This document shows, one piece after another, positions 45,817-56,543 of a stretch of 64,000 nt of DNA (position 1 is the first letter of the stretch; the number at the start of each line of letters is the position of its first letter). This DNA is from a virus. The DNA is taken from IMG/VR virus record IMGVR_UViG_3300029286_003689, positions 1-64,000 of that record; one strand, 5' to 3'. The translations under genes were made by a program, and so were the position numbers. The notes below the pieces were generated by a model. The model searched no databases, was not told the DNA's origin, and worked only from the letters and a program-made list of their open reading frames with translations.

Positions 45817-48800
45817 AAAGCCTCCCAAATATCTGTTCCCATTGAGTCCCGCCTGGAGTATTTAGAAGAATTGCCCTAATAAAGTTGTTTATCTTTTTAT
45901 CATCATCTTCCGCTCTAAACGATGTGCTCAACTTACGAAAAAATTTATTACTAAATTCCACGGCCGGTATCGGATTAGAACCGTATTTAAATGACTGAAT
46001 TACGGTTCCAAAAAAAGGAACAGTCTGTAGTCCATTTTCTACTATTTCCTGTTCTATCGTTTTCTCTTCATCGTCTGGCTCTTCGCCACTCATAGCATCT
46101 ATAAGCGCCCTGATCCCACGTCTAATCCCTACCTCTGTAATAGTAGCGAGGCTTAGAAAGAAGAAAATATTCATCGCCTGACTCATACGACCTTCTTTTA
46201 TACCAGCTCGCCATAAGTCATGTCGGACAAGGCTCCAACGGTTCAACATAAAAGACTGGAACTGAAAAATCAGCTTATTCACCGATTTATAATGTGTTAT
46301 TTTATCTCGCGTTAGAATGGCTGGGGCATCTTTAAAAAATGAACTGGATTGTGTTCTCCGAACTATCCTTTGAGCATAGTCTATCCCGTCCGGGTTAGGA
46401 TTAGAAAAATCGACCTCAATATTGTTTTCATTGCAGTATTTCTTATAGGCCCCAGCAGCGATTGAAGAAGCAGTTAAACGGTCGAGATTTTGCAATGCCC
46501 AAAAGCCTGCCTTTTCGACTTCTGATACAACTCCCTTTCCTTCCCCAAATTCCAGAAAGGCGGGATCATCTCCAATTCTTTCTTTTACCTCTGGGAAATT
46601 ATCCAAAATAAACTTTCGCCAGTCTTTATTACCGGCTATGGCGTACGCTCCTTCAAATGCGTAGTTCCCAATTAAAGCCGCCCCATCCATAAGGGCGGTC
46701 GGCTGAATAAGCGTTGAAGAAAGCCTATACGCGAGGACTGCCGCACCGGTATGCTTTCTAAGTGTGTCTAAAATATTATGCCTCTCTCCGGCGATTTTGC
46801 CTTTCCGCGCTATTAAATCAACCCAGTCTCTCACTATTTCTTGACCTAATTCACCTACTGCTTCGGCGTATTCCTCCGAAGAAGCCAATTCTCCAAGCCA
46901 CTTTGTTTCTTTACCCACAGTTACAAAATAAGCAGCGTTATCAACGTGCTTAAGGAATACCTCCATTGCATTAAGCTTAATCTTTTGCTTCCCGCCAACC
47001 CTACGCATAGCAAAACCATGCTTAACGTTCTTTTTAGGAGCAAGACCAAATTGTTCGACACTATCGCCAAAGCGTGATCGTATTTCAGAAGCGCTCATCT
47101 TCTCGAAATCCGTCATAAACGGAAAGTAGTTTTTGACTGCGTAAAAAGGTTCGTTATAGACAAGACGCATAATTTCCGAAATAAGGGGCCTAAATGTTTC
47201 AAGCTTTTCTCGCATTAAGTCATAAAATTTCGTTTCTTCGTCGGTAAGTATGATATTTTCTATTTCCTGTTCGGTTAACCCCATATTGATAAGCTTCTCT
47301 GTCCCGCCTTCCTGCATTTTTGCGGCGTACACGCCTATACGTTCAAAATTAAGGACATCAAGCTTTAATTTAGTAGCCAACTCTTTAACCGTATCCTCTG
47401 CGTCATTTTTAAGCTGTAAATACGTAGTAAAAGCCTTATCTATAGTCTGTTTAAATGTTTGGTAGTTTGCCCCCGCATACTTCTTAAAACCATCAAGTAA
47501 GTCAAAAATTACATCCATAGGAGTTATGGCGAGGTCAAGGTCTTGGAGCTTATTAAGGGCGTCTGTGTATTTATTTTTAAGTTTCTCTCCGGCATTAAGC
47601 TTTTCGCCTATTGGCGCCCGGGTAGATTCTTTTTCTTCGAGAGGCTTGGCGTCTCTCCGGATTTCTGCAAGTGCGGCCTGCTTTCTTTGTTCTTCCGCCA
47701 TCTGCCGTAATCGTAACTTAGCTTGTCCGATACGCCCCAACTCATCTATCGTATCTGATAATTCCTCCAACTCTTCGGTAGATATATCGGCTAAGGGCTT
47801 GCGCTCCAGAATATCTAATTGTTTTAATACCTCTTTAGGCATTTCTATTTCTTTACCCTCTTTTATTGCCCGTTCGATATATTCCCTTGTGCCTTGCAGG
47901 GCCTCTATGGTTTCGGTTCTATGCCCCTGTAACTCAAACTCGTTGACGAGCGCATCGATCGTCTGAGCGTATTCGACGGCTATGGTATTTGATGATTTTG
48001 CGCGTTCGGTAGATTTTTTAATATTACCCACTATCTCCGAACGTGTCTGTTTCTCCTTCATCTGACGCAGGCGCGTTACCACCTTTGGCAATTCTCTTGC
48101 CAAATCTTCTTTGGTTTGAATATTCTTTATAAGCCGTAAGAATTTACCTCTTTCATCAAGAGGAAGTCTTGCGGCTTCTATCATCTCAATAAGTTCACCC
48201 TGAACCTTTGAAATTTCTTCTTTTGTCTGTATCCGGCCTTCTTTTATCCCTTGCTCTGTGGCCTTAATCTTCTCGTTAAGAAGCGTGGTCTCGCGTTTAG
48301 TGATTAACTCCGGCCGGTTAGATTTTATCTCATCAATTAGGTCTTTTCGTGACCTTTCAAGTCCCTGTAAATACTCCTTAAGGCCAACCTCGTCATTAAC
48401 CTCTACTCCGAAATGATTGCGTAGCTCCTCCATAGCCTCGTCTGGCTTTAATCCGCCCTCTTTAGTAATATAAAAAGCTGGCGTGCCTTGTAACTCTTCT
48501 TTCAGATAAGCGTCTCTGTATTTTGTTATCCTGCCCTTAAAATACTGCCGAACAGTATCAATCTCCTGTAAAGCGTCCTTTGAGATTTCTACGCGCGCCT
48601 GGCGCTCTTCCATACCCTGTATTTGGCGCTGTAATGGGGTAATGCCAGAAACATCTGGCTTAGATTTTTCAGGCTTGATAAACTCTGAAACCTGTTTTTC
48701 TTTAGGCTTAGCCTCCTCTTCCTTAATCCCAATACTTTCCCTAAACTGTTTTATTATCTCTCCGCGCTTATTTATGTCTTTTTCTTGTGCTAAATCCTGG

Positions 48801-49885
48801 ACAAGCGTCTCAACTTCTTTTTTTATGGCTTCTCTTTTTATTGTCTGGGTTTCTCCTCTTGCCTCAATGACCGCTCCAGGTAATGATAAAAGACCTAAGC
48901 CGGCGGCCATCCTTGGGGCTGAATCAAGGAGCTGAGCTTTCCATTCCTCAAGAGACGGCTGGGCGTCCGGATTCTTTTCAATGGTTGCAGCAAGAGATTG
49001 ACCGCCGAGTTGGATTGCGTTTTGTATCTCTTCCTCTGCGATTTCCATTCCTACCGTCTTGGCGTATTTTTTTATGAAGTTAAAGATAAAGGTTTGACCG
49101 GCTTTAGTGCTCAGGGTTTTGGCTACCTGTTTACGTATTAACCCTCCGAAAGTCTTTTTTACTACTGGACCGCCTACTAAGAACATCTCCCCAAGCTCAA
49201 CAACTCCGGTAAGTGTCCCCGCTACTAAAGCTATGGGCTGGGCGGTTTTTCTGGATATGCCCTTTCCCACCATATCCAAATACATTGATCCACCTTCGCG
49301 CTCAAGGATGTTCTTTATTACACCGTAGGCAAAACCAGTTTTCATACCAGCGACAAATGCTCCGGGAACGGTTATGATCTCTTCCGGAAAAGCTACTTGC
49401 GGGCCTGCCTGGCCTGCTACGGCTGCAATCGTCCCAAAGCCCATGCCCATAGGAAAGCCCCATTTAAGACCTTCAAAGGTTGAACTAATCATATAAGGTA
49501 TTTGCTGGGCGGCCTCTCCGATAGTGCCTTTAATCGGATGCTCCACAAGAGAAAGGTCTTTATAAGGTCCGGCCATAGTAATATGGTAATCTCTTTCTTT
49601 CGTGCCCTTTTGCAGAGCTTCTTCGTCGGACATCTTACCCTGCATAGCCGAGGCGCCGTAAAGGCTGTATGTTTTCTGAGCAGTATCCATGCCGATTTTG
49701 TATCTTATATAGTTAGGCAAAGAAACATAGTCAGGCTCTTTGACAAGAAGCTTGCCTTCTTCCAGAACACCCTCCGCAGAAACACCGCCAAACTCCGCAA
49801 ATGGGTCGTTCTTAACAGGGGGCACGGATTCTTGTCCTTCTTCAAGAGCCACTCCGCCAAATTCTTCAAAAGGATTATTTGGCAC
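45803..49885 (-). CDS. Large internal virion / ejection protein (gp16 position)
   Basis: Synteny, size, NPFEEFGG N-terminal repeats. Confidence 0.65.
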   Translation of the reverse strand: MPNNPFEEFGGVALEEGQESVPPVKNDPFAEFGGVSAEGVLEEGKLLVKEPDYVSLPNYIRYKIGMDTAQKTYSLYGASAMQGKMSDEEALQKGTKERDYHITMAGPYKDLSLVEHPIKGTIGEAAQQIPYMISSTFEGLKWGFPMGMGFGTIAAVAGQAGPQVAFPEEIITVPGAFVAGMKTGFAYGVIKNILEREGGSMYLDMVGKGISRKTAQPIALVAGTLTGVVELGEMFLVGGPVVKKTFGGLIRKQVAKTLSTKAGQTFIFNFIKKYAKTVGMEIAEEEIQNAIQLGGQSLAATIEKNPDAQPSLEEWKAQLLDSAPRMAAGLGLLSLPGAVIEARGETQTIKREAIKKEVETLVQDLAQEKDINKRGEIIKQFRESIGIKEEEAKPKEKQVSEFIKPEKSKPDVSGITPLQRQIQGMEERQARVEISKDALQEIDTVRQYFKGRITKYRDAYLKEELQGTPAFYITKEGGLKPDEAMEELRNHFGVEVNDEVGLKEYLQGLERSRKDLIDEIKSNRPELITKRETTLLNEKIKATEQGIKEGRIQTKEEISKVQGELIEMIEAARLPLDERGKFLRLIKNIQTKEDLARELPKVVTRLRQMKEKQTRSEIVGNIKKSTERAKSSNTIAVEYAQTIDALVNEFELQGHRTETIEALQGTREYIERAIKEGKEIEMPKEVLKQLDILERKPLADISTEELEELSDTIDELGRIGQAKLRLRQMAEEQRKQAALAEIRRDAKPLEEKESTRAPIGEKLNAGEKLKNKYTDALNKLQDLDLAITPMDVIFDLLDGFKKYAGANYQTFKQTIDKAFTTYLQLKNDAEDTVKELATKLKLDVLNFERIGVYAAKMQEGGTEKLINMGLTEQEIENIILTDEETKFYDLMREKLETFRPLISEIMRLVYNEPFYAVKNYFPFMTDFEKMSASEIRSRFGDSVEQFGLAPKKNVKHGFAMRRVGGKQKIKLNAMEVFLKHVDNAAYFVTVGKETKWLGELASSEEYAEAVGELGQEIVRDWVDLIARKGKIAGERHNILDTLRKHTGAAVLAYRLSSTLIQPTALMDGAALIGNYAFEGAYAIAGNKDWRKFILDNFPEVKERIGDDPAFLEFGEGKGVVSEVEKAGFWALQNLDRLTASSIAAGAYKKYCNENNIEVDFSNPNPDGIDYAQRIVRRTQSSSFFKDAPAILTRDKITHYKSVNKLIFQFQSFMLNRWSLVRHDLWRAGIKEGRMSQAMNIFFFLSLATITEVGIRRGIRALIDAMSGEEPDDEEKTIEQEIVENGLQTVPFFGTVIQSFKYGSNPIPAVEFSNKFFRKLSTSFRAEDDDKKINNFIRAILLNTPGGTQWEQIFGRLSTND

Positions 49886-51335
49886 GCTTTAAACCTTTCT
49901 TTTCTGCTTCGGCTACTTTATCTTTTGGAATAAATCCAATAGTTCCATCGGAAGCCACCATTTTTACGGTATCTTTCGGCTGGACTTTTGGTATGGCTTT
50001 TTCGTGGTAAGCTTCGGTATTTTTAACGGCTTCACTCAGTTCGTTCTTGATATATTCCGTGGAAACCTCTAAAGCGGCTTCGTCCGGGTCTTTACCGGCT
50101 CTCACCTTATCCATAAGCATAGACCACATCTCGTATTGTGCCTCGATGCGCTTTGACTTAAGACCGTAGACAGAGGATTGTGCCTTAAGGGTATCTAATG
50201 CCCGGTTGAAATTTGGCTTTTTTATGAAGAGACTATCAACGCCATATTTGGTATCGGTAAGCAAATCAACCATCTGCGATTTTTCTATCTTGCCATCTGA
50301 ATATGCCGAAATAATATTCGCACGAAAACGGGCGAGTTCATCAAAACTGGCTTTATTAAAGAAACGCCTTTTGTGTAAATCTTTAGCTTGAGTAACTAAC
50401 TTGACGTATTCCTCCGGATCAGTTTTCGCCCTTACCGTCTTAGAGCTTAGGATAGCGTTTCTCATCTGTTTGGCGAACTCCGGACGTATCTGTTTAGCCT
50501 CAAGCGCCTTATCAACTGTCAAGATGTCTACCTTAGAACTGTCTAATAGGTAATTCGTCAGTAGATTATCTTCCGCTTCATTCTGGGACTTCAACAGCCC
50601 TTCTTCTCTTAGCTTTTTGTTCTTCTCGACTATACTGCGAAGAGTAGTCATATCCTCCGGGCTGTCAATATCGTTCTGTATGTCCTGTTGATTAAGTAAA
50701 AGCTCTGCTTTGTCGGGATCGCTTTCGGCAGCGCCATACATAAACATTTTCATTGAGTCGCGGTGGTAATTCTTTAGCAACTTATCTGTTTTGTCTTTTC
50801 CGATGGTTCCTGTGGCAGATGTCTCCAATGCCTCACGGGTTAACTGATAAGAATTCTTTAATTTATTGGTGTCAAAGGTTCTTCCCAACTGCCTGAACAT
50901 CTCTAAATTTTTATCGATGCTGTCGTTTGTGCTGCTTTCAACATTAACCACTGTCTGCTTAATCCCCCACTCCGCATTGTCAAGCTGATATTGGCTCTTA
51001 AGCCGGTCGCTGCTTCTTAACCATTCCCCACGAGAAAGAAGGCCGACCTTCTCATTGTATTGGCTGAGTATCTTATCGTAATCCGCGTGGAGCTTGCCAA
51101 GAGACTCTTGGTTGGTTGGGTCGCTTTCGTTGGATATGCGCCACTTATTCGTAGCGTCGAGCATTTGCATATTAGCATCTGCCAAGTAATCATTTATATT
51201 GGCAAGGTCTTTCCTCTTCTCCAACTCCGCAAACCCTAAAGCTGTATCTGCGAGACTGGCTAATCCCTCGGCCGTCCTGTCCTGCGGAATCGTAACGTCT
51301 GTAACTTCTCTCTTGGCTAATTGCCTGCGTGCCAT
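49875..51335 (-). CDS. Internal virion protein (gp15 position)
   Basis: Synteny. Confidence 0.55.
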   Translation of the reverse strand: MARRQLAKREVTDVTIPQDRTAEGLASLADTALGFAELEKRKDLANINDYLADANMQMLDATNKWRISNESDPTNQESLGKLHADYDKILSQYNEKVGLLSRGEWLRSSDRLKSQYQLDNAEWGIKQTVVNVESSTNDSIDKNLEMFRQLGRTFDTNKLKNSYQLTREALETSATGTIGKDKTDKLLKNYHRDSMKMFMYGAAESDPDKAELLLNQQDIQNDIDSPEDMTTLRSIVEKNKKLREEGLLKSQNEAEDNLLTNYLLDSSKVDILTVDKALEAKQIRPEFAKQMRNAILSSKTVRAKTDPEEYVKLVTQAKDLHKRRFFNKASFDELARFRANIISAYSDGKIEKSQMVDLLTDTKYGVDSLFIKKPNFNRALDTLKAQSSVYGLKSKRIEAQYEMWSMLMDKVRAGKDPDEAALEVSTEYIKNELSEAVKNTEAYHEKAIPKVQPKDTVKMVASDGTIGFIPKDKVAEAEKKGLKRAK

Positions 51336-51346
51336 ATATATCCTCG

Positions 51347-51739
51347 CTAACTAAATAATTTTCCCATTCCCAAAGACAAGTTTCCTAAGCCGCTCAATAA
51401 CTGGGTCCGGGCCTGTGAATATACGTTTTCTATCTGGGTATCGTAATTATCTTTAATCTGGCCTATATCTTCCTTGCCTTTCCTGAACGTACTGGTTAAG
51501 ACACCCATAGGCGTATCATCTTCTCCGGTCAAAGATATGCCTGAATTCAAGAAAGAAACCTTCTGCGCTGCGGCCAAGGCGTTTGTTTCCCGCGCTCTTT
51601 CGGTTGCTTTAAGTTCGCCTTCCTTCTTTAGCGCCTCAGCTTGCTTCTTGGCGCTGGAATTGGATGAGGCCATGCCTGCGGCTGATAAGCCTAATCCGGC
51701 ACCTACCAAACCCCCCATCAAAATAGTCTCTAATCCCAT
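51347..51739 (-). CDS. Internal virion protein (gp14-like)
   Basis: Gly/Ala hydrophobic termini, synteny. Confidence 0.6.
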   Translation of the reverse strand: MGLETILMGGLVGAGLGLSAAGMASSNSSAKKQAEALKKEGELKATERARETNALAAAQKVSFLNSGISLTGEDDTPMGVLTSTFRKGKEDIGQIKDNYDTQIENVYSQARTQLLSGLGNLSLGMGKLFS

Positions 51740-51740
51740 G

Positions 51741-52154
51741 TTAAGCCTCCTGGAATACCATAGCCCACATTTTATAATCTCTATTTTTAAGGAATTTTAT
51801 CTTTGTCCCTTCGCAAATAAACCCTAAGAATTTATGCCACTTATTTAACTCTTCGCAGTCAAGGCTCAAGGTCTCAATGCGTTTGGCGCCTATCCTGTCT
51901 TTTAATTTATGGATAAAGTCTTTTATCTCCTGGCCGTCAAAGCTGTTCATCAATACCGAACACACCAGAAATCCCTCATAGTTTTTCTCGGCGTAATTGC
52001 GGTAAAAAATGATAGCCTTGACTATGCCTTCTTTTTCTAATGTCCAACCTTCATACATCTTCAAAATGGACTTTAGCTTATTGACTAAATCTCCGTCTCC
52101 AAAATCATTTAGTTCTATATTGGATAAATCCTCTTCTACGAATTCCCGTATCAT
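51741..52154 (-). CDS. gp13-like GNAT-fold protein (start re-assigned to the ATGA overlap)
   Basis: KWHKFLGFICEG motif, synteny. Confidence 0.65.
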   Translation of the reverse strand: MIREFVEEDLSNIELNDFGDGDLVNKLKSILKMYEGWTLEKEGIVKAIIFYRNYAEKNYEGFLVCSVLMNSFDGQEIKDFIHKLKDRIGAKRIETLSLDCEELNKWHKFLGFICEGTKIKFLKNRDYKMWAMVFQEA

Positions 52155-54190
52155 AGTTTTGTCCCGTAATTGGCATCGCACATAATTGCCGTAATATGCA
52201 AAGGAAGCGGCTCTCTTTGCCTGACATAAAGACATTTTTCGGTCTCAAAGCTGTCGTCAAAAACTATTTCCCTGCTATCTCCATCCATAGGCAGAGGCGG
52301 CAGATCGTAGTATCCGGCTGGGTCAAAATTCTGTATTTTCTCCATCCTATACAAGGAAGGCCCTATCTCTCCACCGGCTGAGGCAACAAACCTTAGTTTC
52401 GCTTTATTTATGTTCTTAACCAATGTCTGGGTATTAAGGCCCTGTATCATAAAGCCAAGATTGAATGTTTTAATAAGCCCTTCGTATAATATGCCGATAC
52501 AGGCAACGGTAACTTCCCGGTCAAGCGTTAATACTCCGCCAGCCGAAACGGTATATTCGCCTAAATAACCGCCATCTCCGACGACAGATACTTCCATATT
52601 GGCGTAATCGGTTAGTCCGGATATCGTGCTTGCGCTTTTATACCATGAGGAGTAACTGTTCTGTGTAGGAGTAGTCAAGACTTCAACCTTAACAGTCGTT
52701 GCGTTTACATATTCAGTTATCTCAAAAATTCCTTTCTCAACACCTGTTGCGGTTTTATAATGAATCCGTCTGCCGACATCAGAAGCAGAAAAATCGTTCT
52801 CCGAAGAGGTTATTGCATCTGTCCCGTTAAAGGTAATCGTGCTGTCATATAAATCCTTGAACACTACGGAATTATCAAGATAAATGCAGTCTTTCATAAG
52901 TTCGGCTACATACCGCCAGTATGCCTCTCGATCCGCTTCTTCGCTCTCCTCGTCGGTATAGAATTCGTGGCGCAAAGGAAACTCTACCTCGCTGGCAAGA
53001 CGCTCAATGAACACGCCGTTGTCTCTTTCAATAAGAGCGAACAGGTCATCTTCGCCGGTATTTGGGTTATACATCTTGGCTATATCAAGAAATACGCCTT
53101 CCGTGTCGTGTTCATGCCAACCGACTATTCTCTCAATTTGATTAAAGTTCAACGATAAGAGCGCTCCGTCGTTCCTGAGCATAAAAACAAGGTCATTGCG
53201 GCCTTTGATGTAAACCAACTTCTTAATGCCGGTTTTCGTAATGTCGTAGCTGACAAAATTAGTATCGTCGGACTTAAAGCTTTCAGTAAGCAGGTCATAA
53301 GAAAAGTAGTCTACATTACGACCGAGGGCGTTAATATAGAACAGGAAGAGGTCTTTTCTTATCGGTTGCGTATTGTCTGTTCCGTCGGTATTCGTGATCG
53401 TGGCTTCTACCGAAGCAGGGGTTATCGGTTCGCTAACTGAGCCTCCGTTTACCGCAATCAAGGCTTGGGAAGAGCCTACAATAAGGCTATTTGAACCCCC
53501 CATAAGCCATATAATGGCCTCTGTAAGGTCTGAAATCGCAAAAATAACGGCATCATCGTCGTCAACCTCAGCCGGGACCGTAAAATCATCGTAAGAACCG
53601 GCTACGCTGCCGTAGATATTGGTCTTTTTCTTGCTGGGGCCTCCATACCAAAGCCTGCCCTTGTAAAAGCGTACACAGGCAGGCCAGCCGGTGGATCCGC
53701 TTGAGGGATCGTCAAATGGGTCGGAAGTTCTGGTAAAGGTGGCTAAGGTAAAGCTGGTTGCGCTTACCCGTGTAAGCTTCCTTGGTTCATAGCTATTGTG
53801 CACCGCATACATCACGTCGGCGTTTTGGTCGTATGATAATTCCTTACAGTGAGCCAGAGTATAAGGTGAAGCTACGTCTAAATCGCTGCCTCCACTCTGG
53901 ACAAGTCCGATATCTCCATTCTCATCGTAACTTAAAAATTTTATGTGGCCGTTATAGAAAAGTGCTATATAATCCTGTTCATTAGAGAATTTAAACTCTA
54001 CAAAACGGCAATCTTGAAATTTAAAGATAGTTTCAAAGCCTGGCCGGTAAATCGCATTACCCTTAAAATTGGAAAAGAAATTCCTAAAGACATCCGCCCC
54101 GCTTGTATAAATAGGCAGATCATACCGGCCGTTAAGATCGTGGTCTAATTTGCCTCTTGAGAAATTATTAAAGCCAGTGGATATCTTCAT
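52151..54190 (-). CDS. Tail tubular protein B
   Basis: NNFSRGKL, QNADVMY, GWHEHDT. Confidence 0.85.
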   Translation of the reverse strand: MKISTGFNNFSRGKLDHDLNGRYDLPIYTSGADVFRNFFSNFKGNAIYRPGFETIFKFQDCRFVEFKFSNEQDYIALFYNGHIKFLSYDENGDIGLVQSGGSDLDVASPYTLAHCKELSYDQNADVMYAVHNSYEPRKLTRVSATSFTLATFTRTSDPFDDPSSGSTGWPACVRFYKGRLWYGGPSKKKTNIYGSVAGSYDDFTVPAEVDDDDAVIFAISDLTEAIIWLMGGSNSLIVGSSQALIAVNGGSVSEPITPASVEATITNTDGTDNTQPIRKDLFLFYINALGRNVDYFSYDLLTESFKSDDTNFVSYDITKTGIKKLVYIKGRNDLVFMLRNDGALLSLNFNQIERIVGWHEHDTEGVFLDIAKMYNPNTGEDDLFALIERDNGVFIERLASEVEFPLRHEFYTDEESEEADREAYWRYVAELMKDCIYLDNSVVFKDLYDSTITFNGTDAITSSENDFSASDVGRRIHYKTATGVEKGIFEITEYVNATTVKVEVLTTPTQNSYSSWYKSASTISGLTDYANMEVSVVGDGGYLGEYTVSAGGVLTLDREVTVACIGILYEGLIKTFNLGFMIQGLNTQTLVKNINKAKLRFVASAGGEIGPSLYRMEKIQNFDPAGYYDLPPLPMDGDSREIVFDDSFETEKCLYVRQREPLPLHITAIMCDANYGTKL

Positions 54191-54798
54191 CTCTTATTAA
54201 AGTTCTCCGGATTATCGGCTGTCCTTGCCTGCTTGAATTTAGACCTATTTATCCTTATAGGACGGTTTTCTTGCCCGTTTAATGCGCTTGCCTCTGCCTG
54301 ATCTGACCTCTTAAGGGTATTTAAAGCAGTGAGTTTGTCCGGGTCCTGCGTAAGCTGCAAAGACACCTTCTCACCTAATTCGGCGCTCAGTGCCATGATA
54401 AACTCTGCGGAAAATTTAGTAACGTCGGTTTCGTCTTTGATGTATCTTACTTCCATACCTTCGTCATATTCCTCGTCGGTAAGTATCTGGTTTCCCTCAA
54501 CTGAATAATTATTTTCCTTATCCTGAACCTCACCAATACCTAAAAGCTTAAGGCAGTCCTTGGGATATTCATAGGCGTAGGCATAACCGAAGGCAGGGGT
54601 CTCTTCTAATTGAGCCACAACCTTTCGGCCAAGGGCAAAATTAGGCATAAGCTTCTTAAGCATAAACTGGCGGCAGATGTCATACCAGATTGCGAATACA
54701 CGCTCTACCGCAGTCTGCGGGTTATCTAAGCTATTTATGCTTTCTTTGCCTCCTAAGCGACTATATGCAAGATTACAAATCTGTTCTGGTGAATTCAT
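54187..54798 (-). CDS. Tail tubular protein A
   Basis: ICNLAYSRLG, YEYPKDCL. Confidence 0.85.
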   Translation of the reverse strand: MNSPEQICNLAYSRLGGKESINSLDNPQTAVERVFAIWYDICRQFMLKKLMPNFALGRKVVAQLEETPAFGYAYAYEYPKDCLKLLGIGEVQDKENNYSVEGNQILTDEEYDEGMEVRYIKDETDVTKFSAEFIMALSAELGEKVSLQLTQDPDKLTALNTLKRSDQAEASALNGQENRPIRINRSKFKQARTADNPENFNKR

Positions 54799-54909
54799 AT
54801 TCTCACCTCTTATCTCCTAATGAATCCGATTAAATATCTATCTTTAGGGGCGGGAGAGAGGAGCCGGAAAACCCCTCTCCCCCTCGCCTAAGCTTAGACT
54901 AACTGATTG

Positions 54910-55386
54910 CTACGCAGGAAACTGTATTAAAATCTCCGCTTCAATCGTACCTACGCCAGCACCTTGGGTATTTACCGTGGCGGTTACATTAACTCCGCCT
55001 GATGGTTCTGATTCTGGGGATACACCAAGAAGCTCGGCAATGGTCTTAGTTTTATCCGCAGAAAGTATATCAATCGCATACGTTCTTGCAGCCGCGAAAG
55101 AAATACCATCGACAAGGATATCCTTGTCGACTACTGCGTTGTTATCTGACCGATGAAGCCCAAAATCAACATCAGTCAAATCGGTTACTACCGCACTTCC
55201 GAACGGGAAACGAATACCGATAATCTTTGCAGAATAGGGTAAGTTTCTCGCCAGAATATGGACGTCTCCATCCGCGGCACCAGACGTAATACTAATTGCT
55301 GCCTGAACTATGCGCGGATAAATCCCGTTACCATATAACGGGTCTTTAGGTTTTGCTGTATATCCTAACGTGTTAACAATAGCCAT
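54910..55386 (-). CDS. Probable capsid decoration protein
   Basis: Beta-rich 158 aa immediately after the MCP. Confidence 0.55.
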   Translation of the reverse strand: MAIVNTLGYTAKPKDPLYGNGIYPRIVQAAISITSGAADGDVHILARNLPYSAKIIGIRFPFGSAVVTDLTDVDFGLHRSDNNAVVDKDILVDGISFAAARTYAIDILSADKTKTIAELLGVSPESEPSGGVNVTATVNTQGAGVGTIEAEILIQFPA

Positions 55387-55445
55387 CTCAAACCTCCTTA
55401 TTTAGCCAGGCGCTCAAGCTTTAAGCTCAAGCGCCTGACGATTGT

Positions 55446-56381
55446 TTATATTGTGGTCGTTACGATTATTACCCTGGCACCCTCAGTCCTCATAGCGTTG
55501 ATCCAGAGGTCTATGGTGATATCCATTGAGTTGACCTTATTCGGGTTTTTCTCAACAGACAGGTCTCCTATTTCCATAGCAACGGCTACGGATTCAGGAG
55601 TTAGCGCAAGGCAGTTCCTTACGGTCCCGCTTGAAGGAGTTTCATCAAGCACGGGGCTTGTAACGGTAAGGCCCGTTTCGCTACCGGCGAACAAAGCCAC
55701 TTCAAACAAACCGGCTTTGCTAATTTTCCCGTCGGCAATCGGTTTTGCGTCCATATACAGGCTGTTGATAAACTTATCATCAGCCATTAACGCGCTGTTT
55801 TCCTTGCCCGTGATACAAAGCACGGAACCGCGTATCAGATCATACGGCAGATCGTTGTTGATGAACTTCTGGATAACCCCGTTGAGAATCGTGGAAGAGA
55901 TACCAGCAGTTCCGGCAACGGTAAGAACGCCATCAGTAGCAGCGCTGACTGATGTAGGAGCTGCGTCGGGCTGTCCGATAAGGACGGCGCCCTGAGCGGC
56001 TGAGGCGATAACGCGGTCAATCACGCGCTCTTTAGCGTTAACTAATTGTTTCAGGATGTCACTGGTGGGGTCTTTTAGAAGCTCATTGATGTCATATTTC
56101 GCATCGATGGTGATGGTTTTGGTGAACCGGCGCTTTGTTAACTGCCTGTTATCCACCGAATAATCGCCGTAGGACTTATTCGGGTTGCGGGTTGACACTT
56201 CTTCCAGCTCAATGCGGCCAATGCGAGCCAGATTGTTTGTTTTGCCTTTGGAAGGCAGATACGTTACTACCTTTGACCCTCCCAAAAGGGATTTGGTCTG
56301 CTGAGCCAACTCCATAAAGTTATCCTGGAAGATGAGCTTAGCAGCCTGGTCGATGCTCGGACTGTAAGTGTTGCTTGCCAT
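55446..56381 (-). CDS. Major capsid protein (family distinct from phage A MCP)
   Basis: F...F..LAQQ..S.L start, AMRTEGARV end; follows scaffold. Confidence 0.8.
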   Translation of the reverse strand: MASNTYSPSIDQAAKLIFQDNFMELAQQTKSLLGGSKVVTYLPSKGKTNNLARIGRIELEEVSTRNPNKSYGDYSVDNRQLTKRRFTKTITIDAKYDINELLKDPTSDILKQLVNAKERVIDRVIASAAQGAVLIGQPDAAPTSVSAATDGVLTVAGTAGISSTILNGVIQKFINNDLPYDLIRGSVLCITGKENSALMADDKFINSLYMDAKPIADGKISKAGLFEVALFAGSETGLTVTSPVLDETPSSGTVRNCLALTPESVAVAMEIGDLSVEKNPNKVNSMDITIDLWINAMRTEGARVIIVTTTI

Positions 56382-56419
56382 CTGTTACCTCCTGTTTAAG
56401 TTGTTTAACTACTTACTCA

Positions 56420-56520
56420 CCTGGTCGAAAAGTGTCCGCGTTTCAGCGGGTTTTCTTGATGTTCTTAGGTGAACATCCAAGACCTTTCGCACCGGGCTTC
56501 TTAAACAGAAGGTGTCCGGG
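56420..56520 (-). promoter_or_regulatory. Structured leader upstream of MCP-B
   Basis: Three hairpins, two sharing a GGACAC/CCC internal loop. Confidence 0.5.
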
Positions 56521-56543
56521 CATTTCTTTGTTGCTAAAAATTC

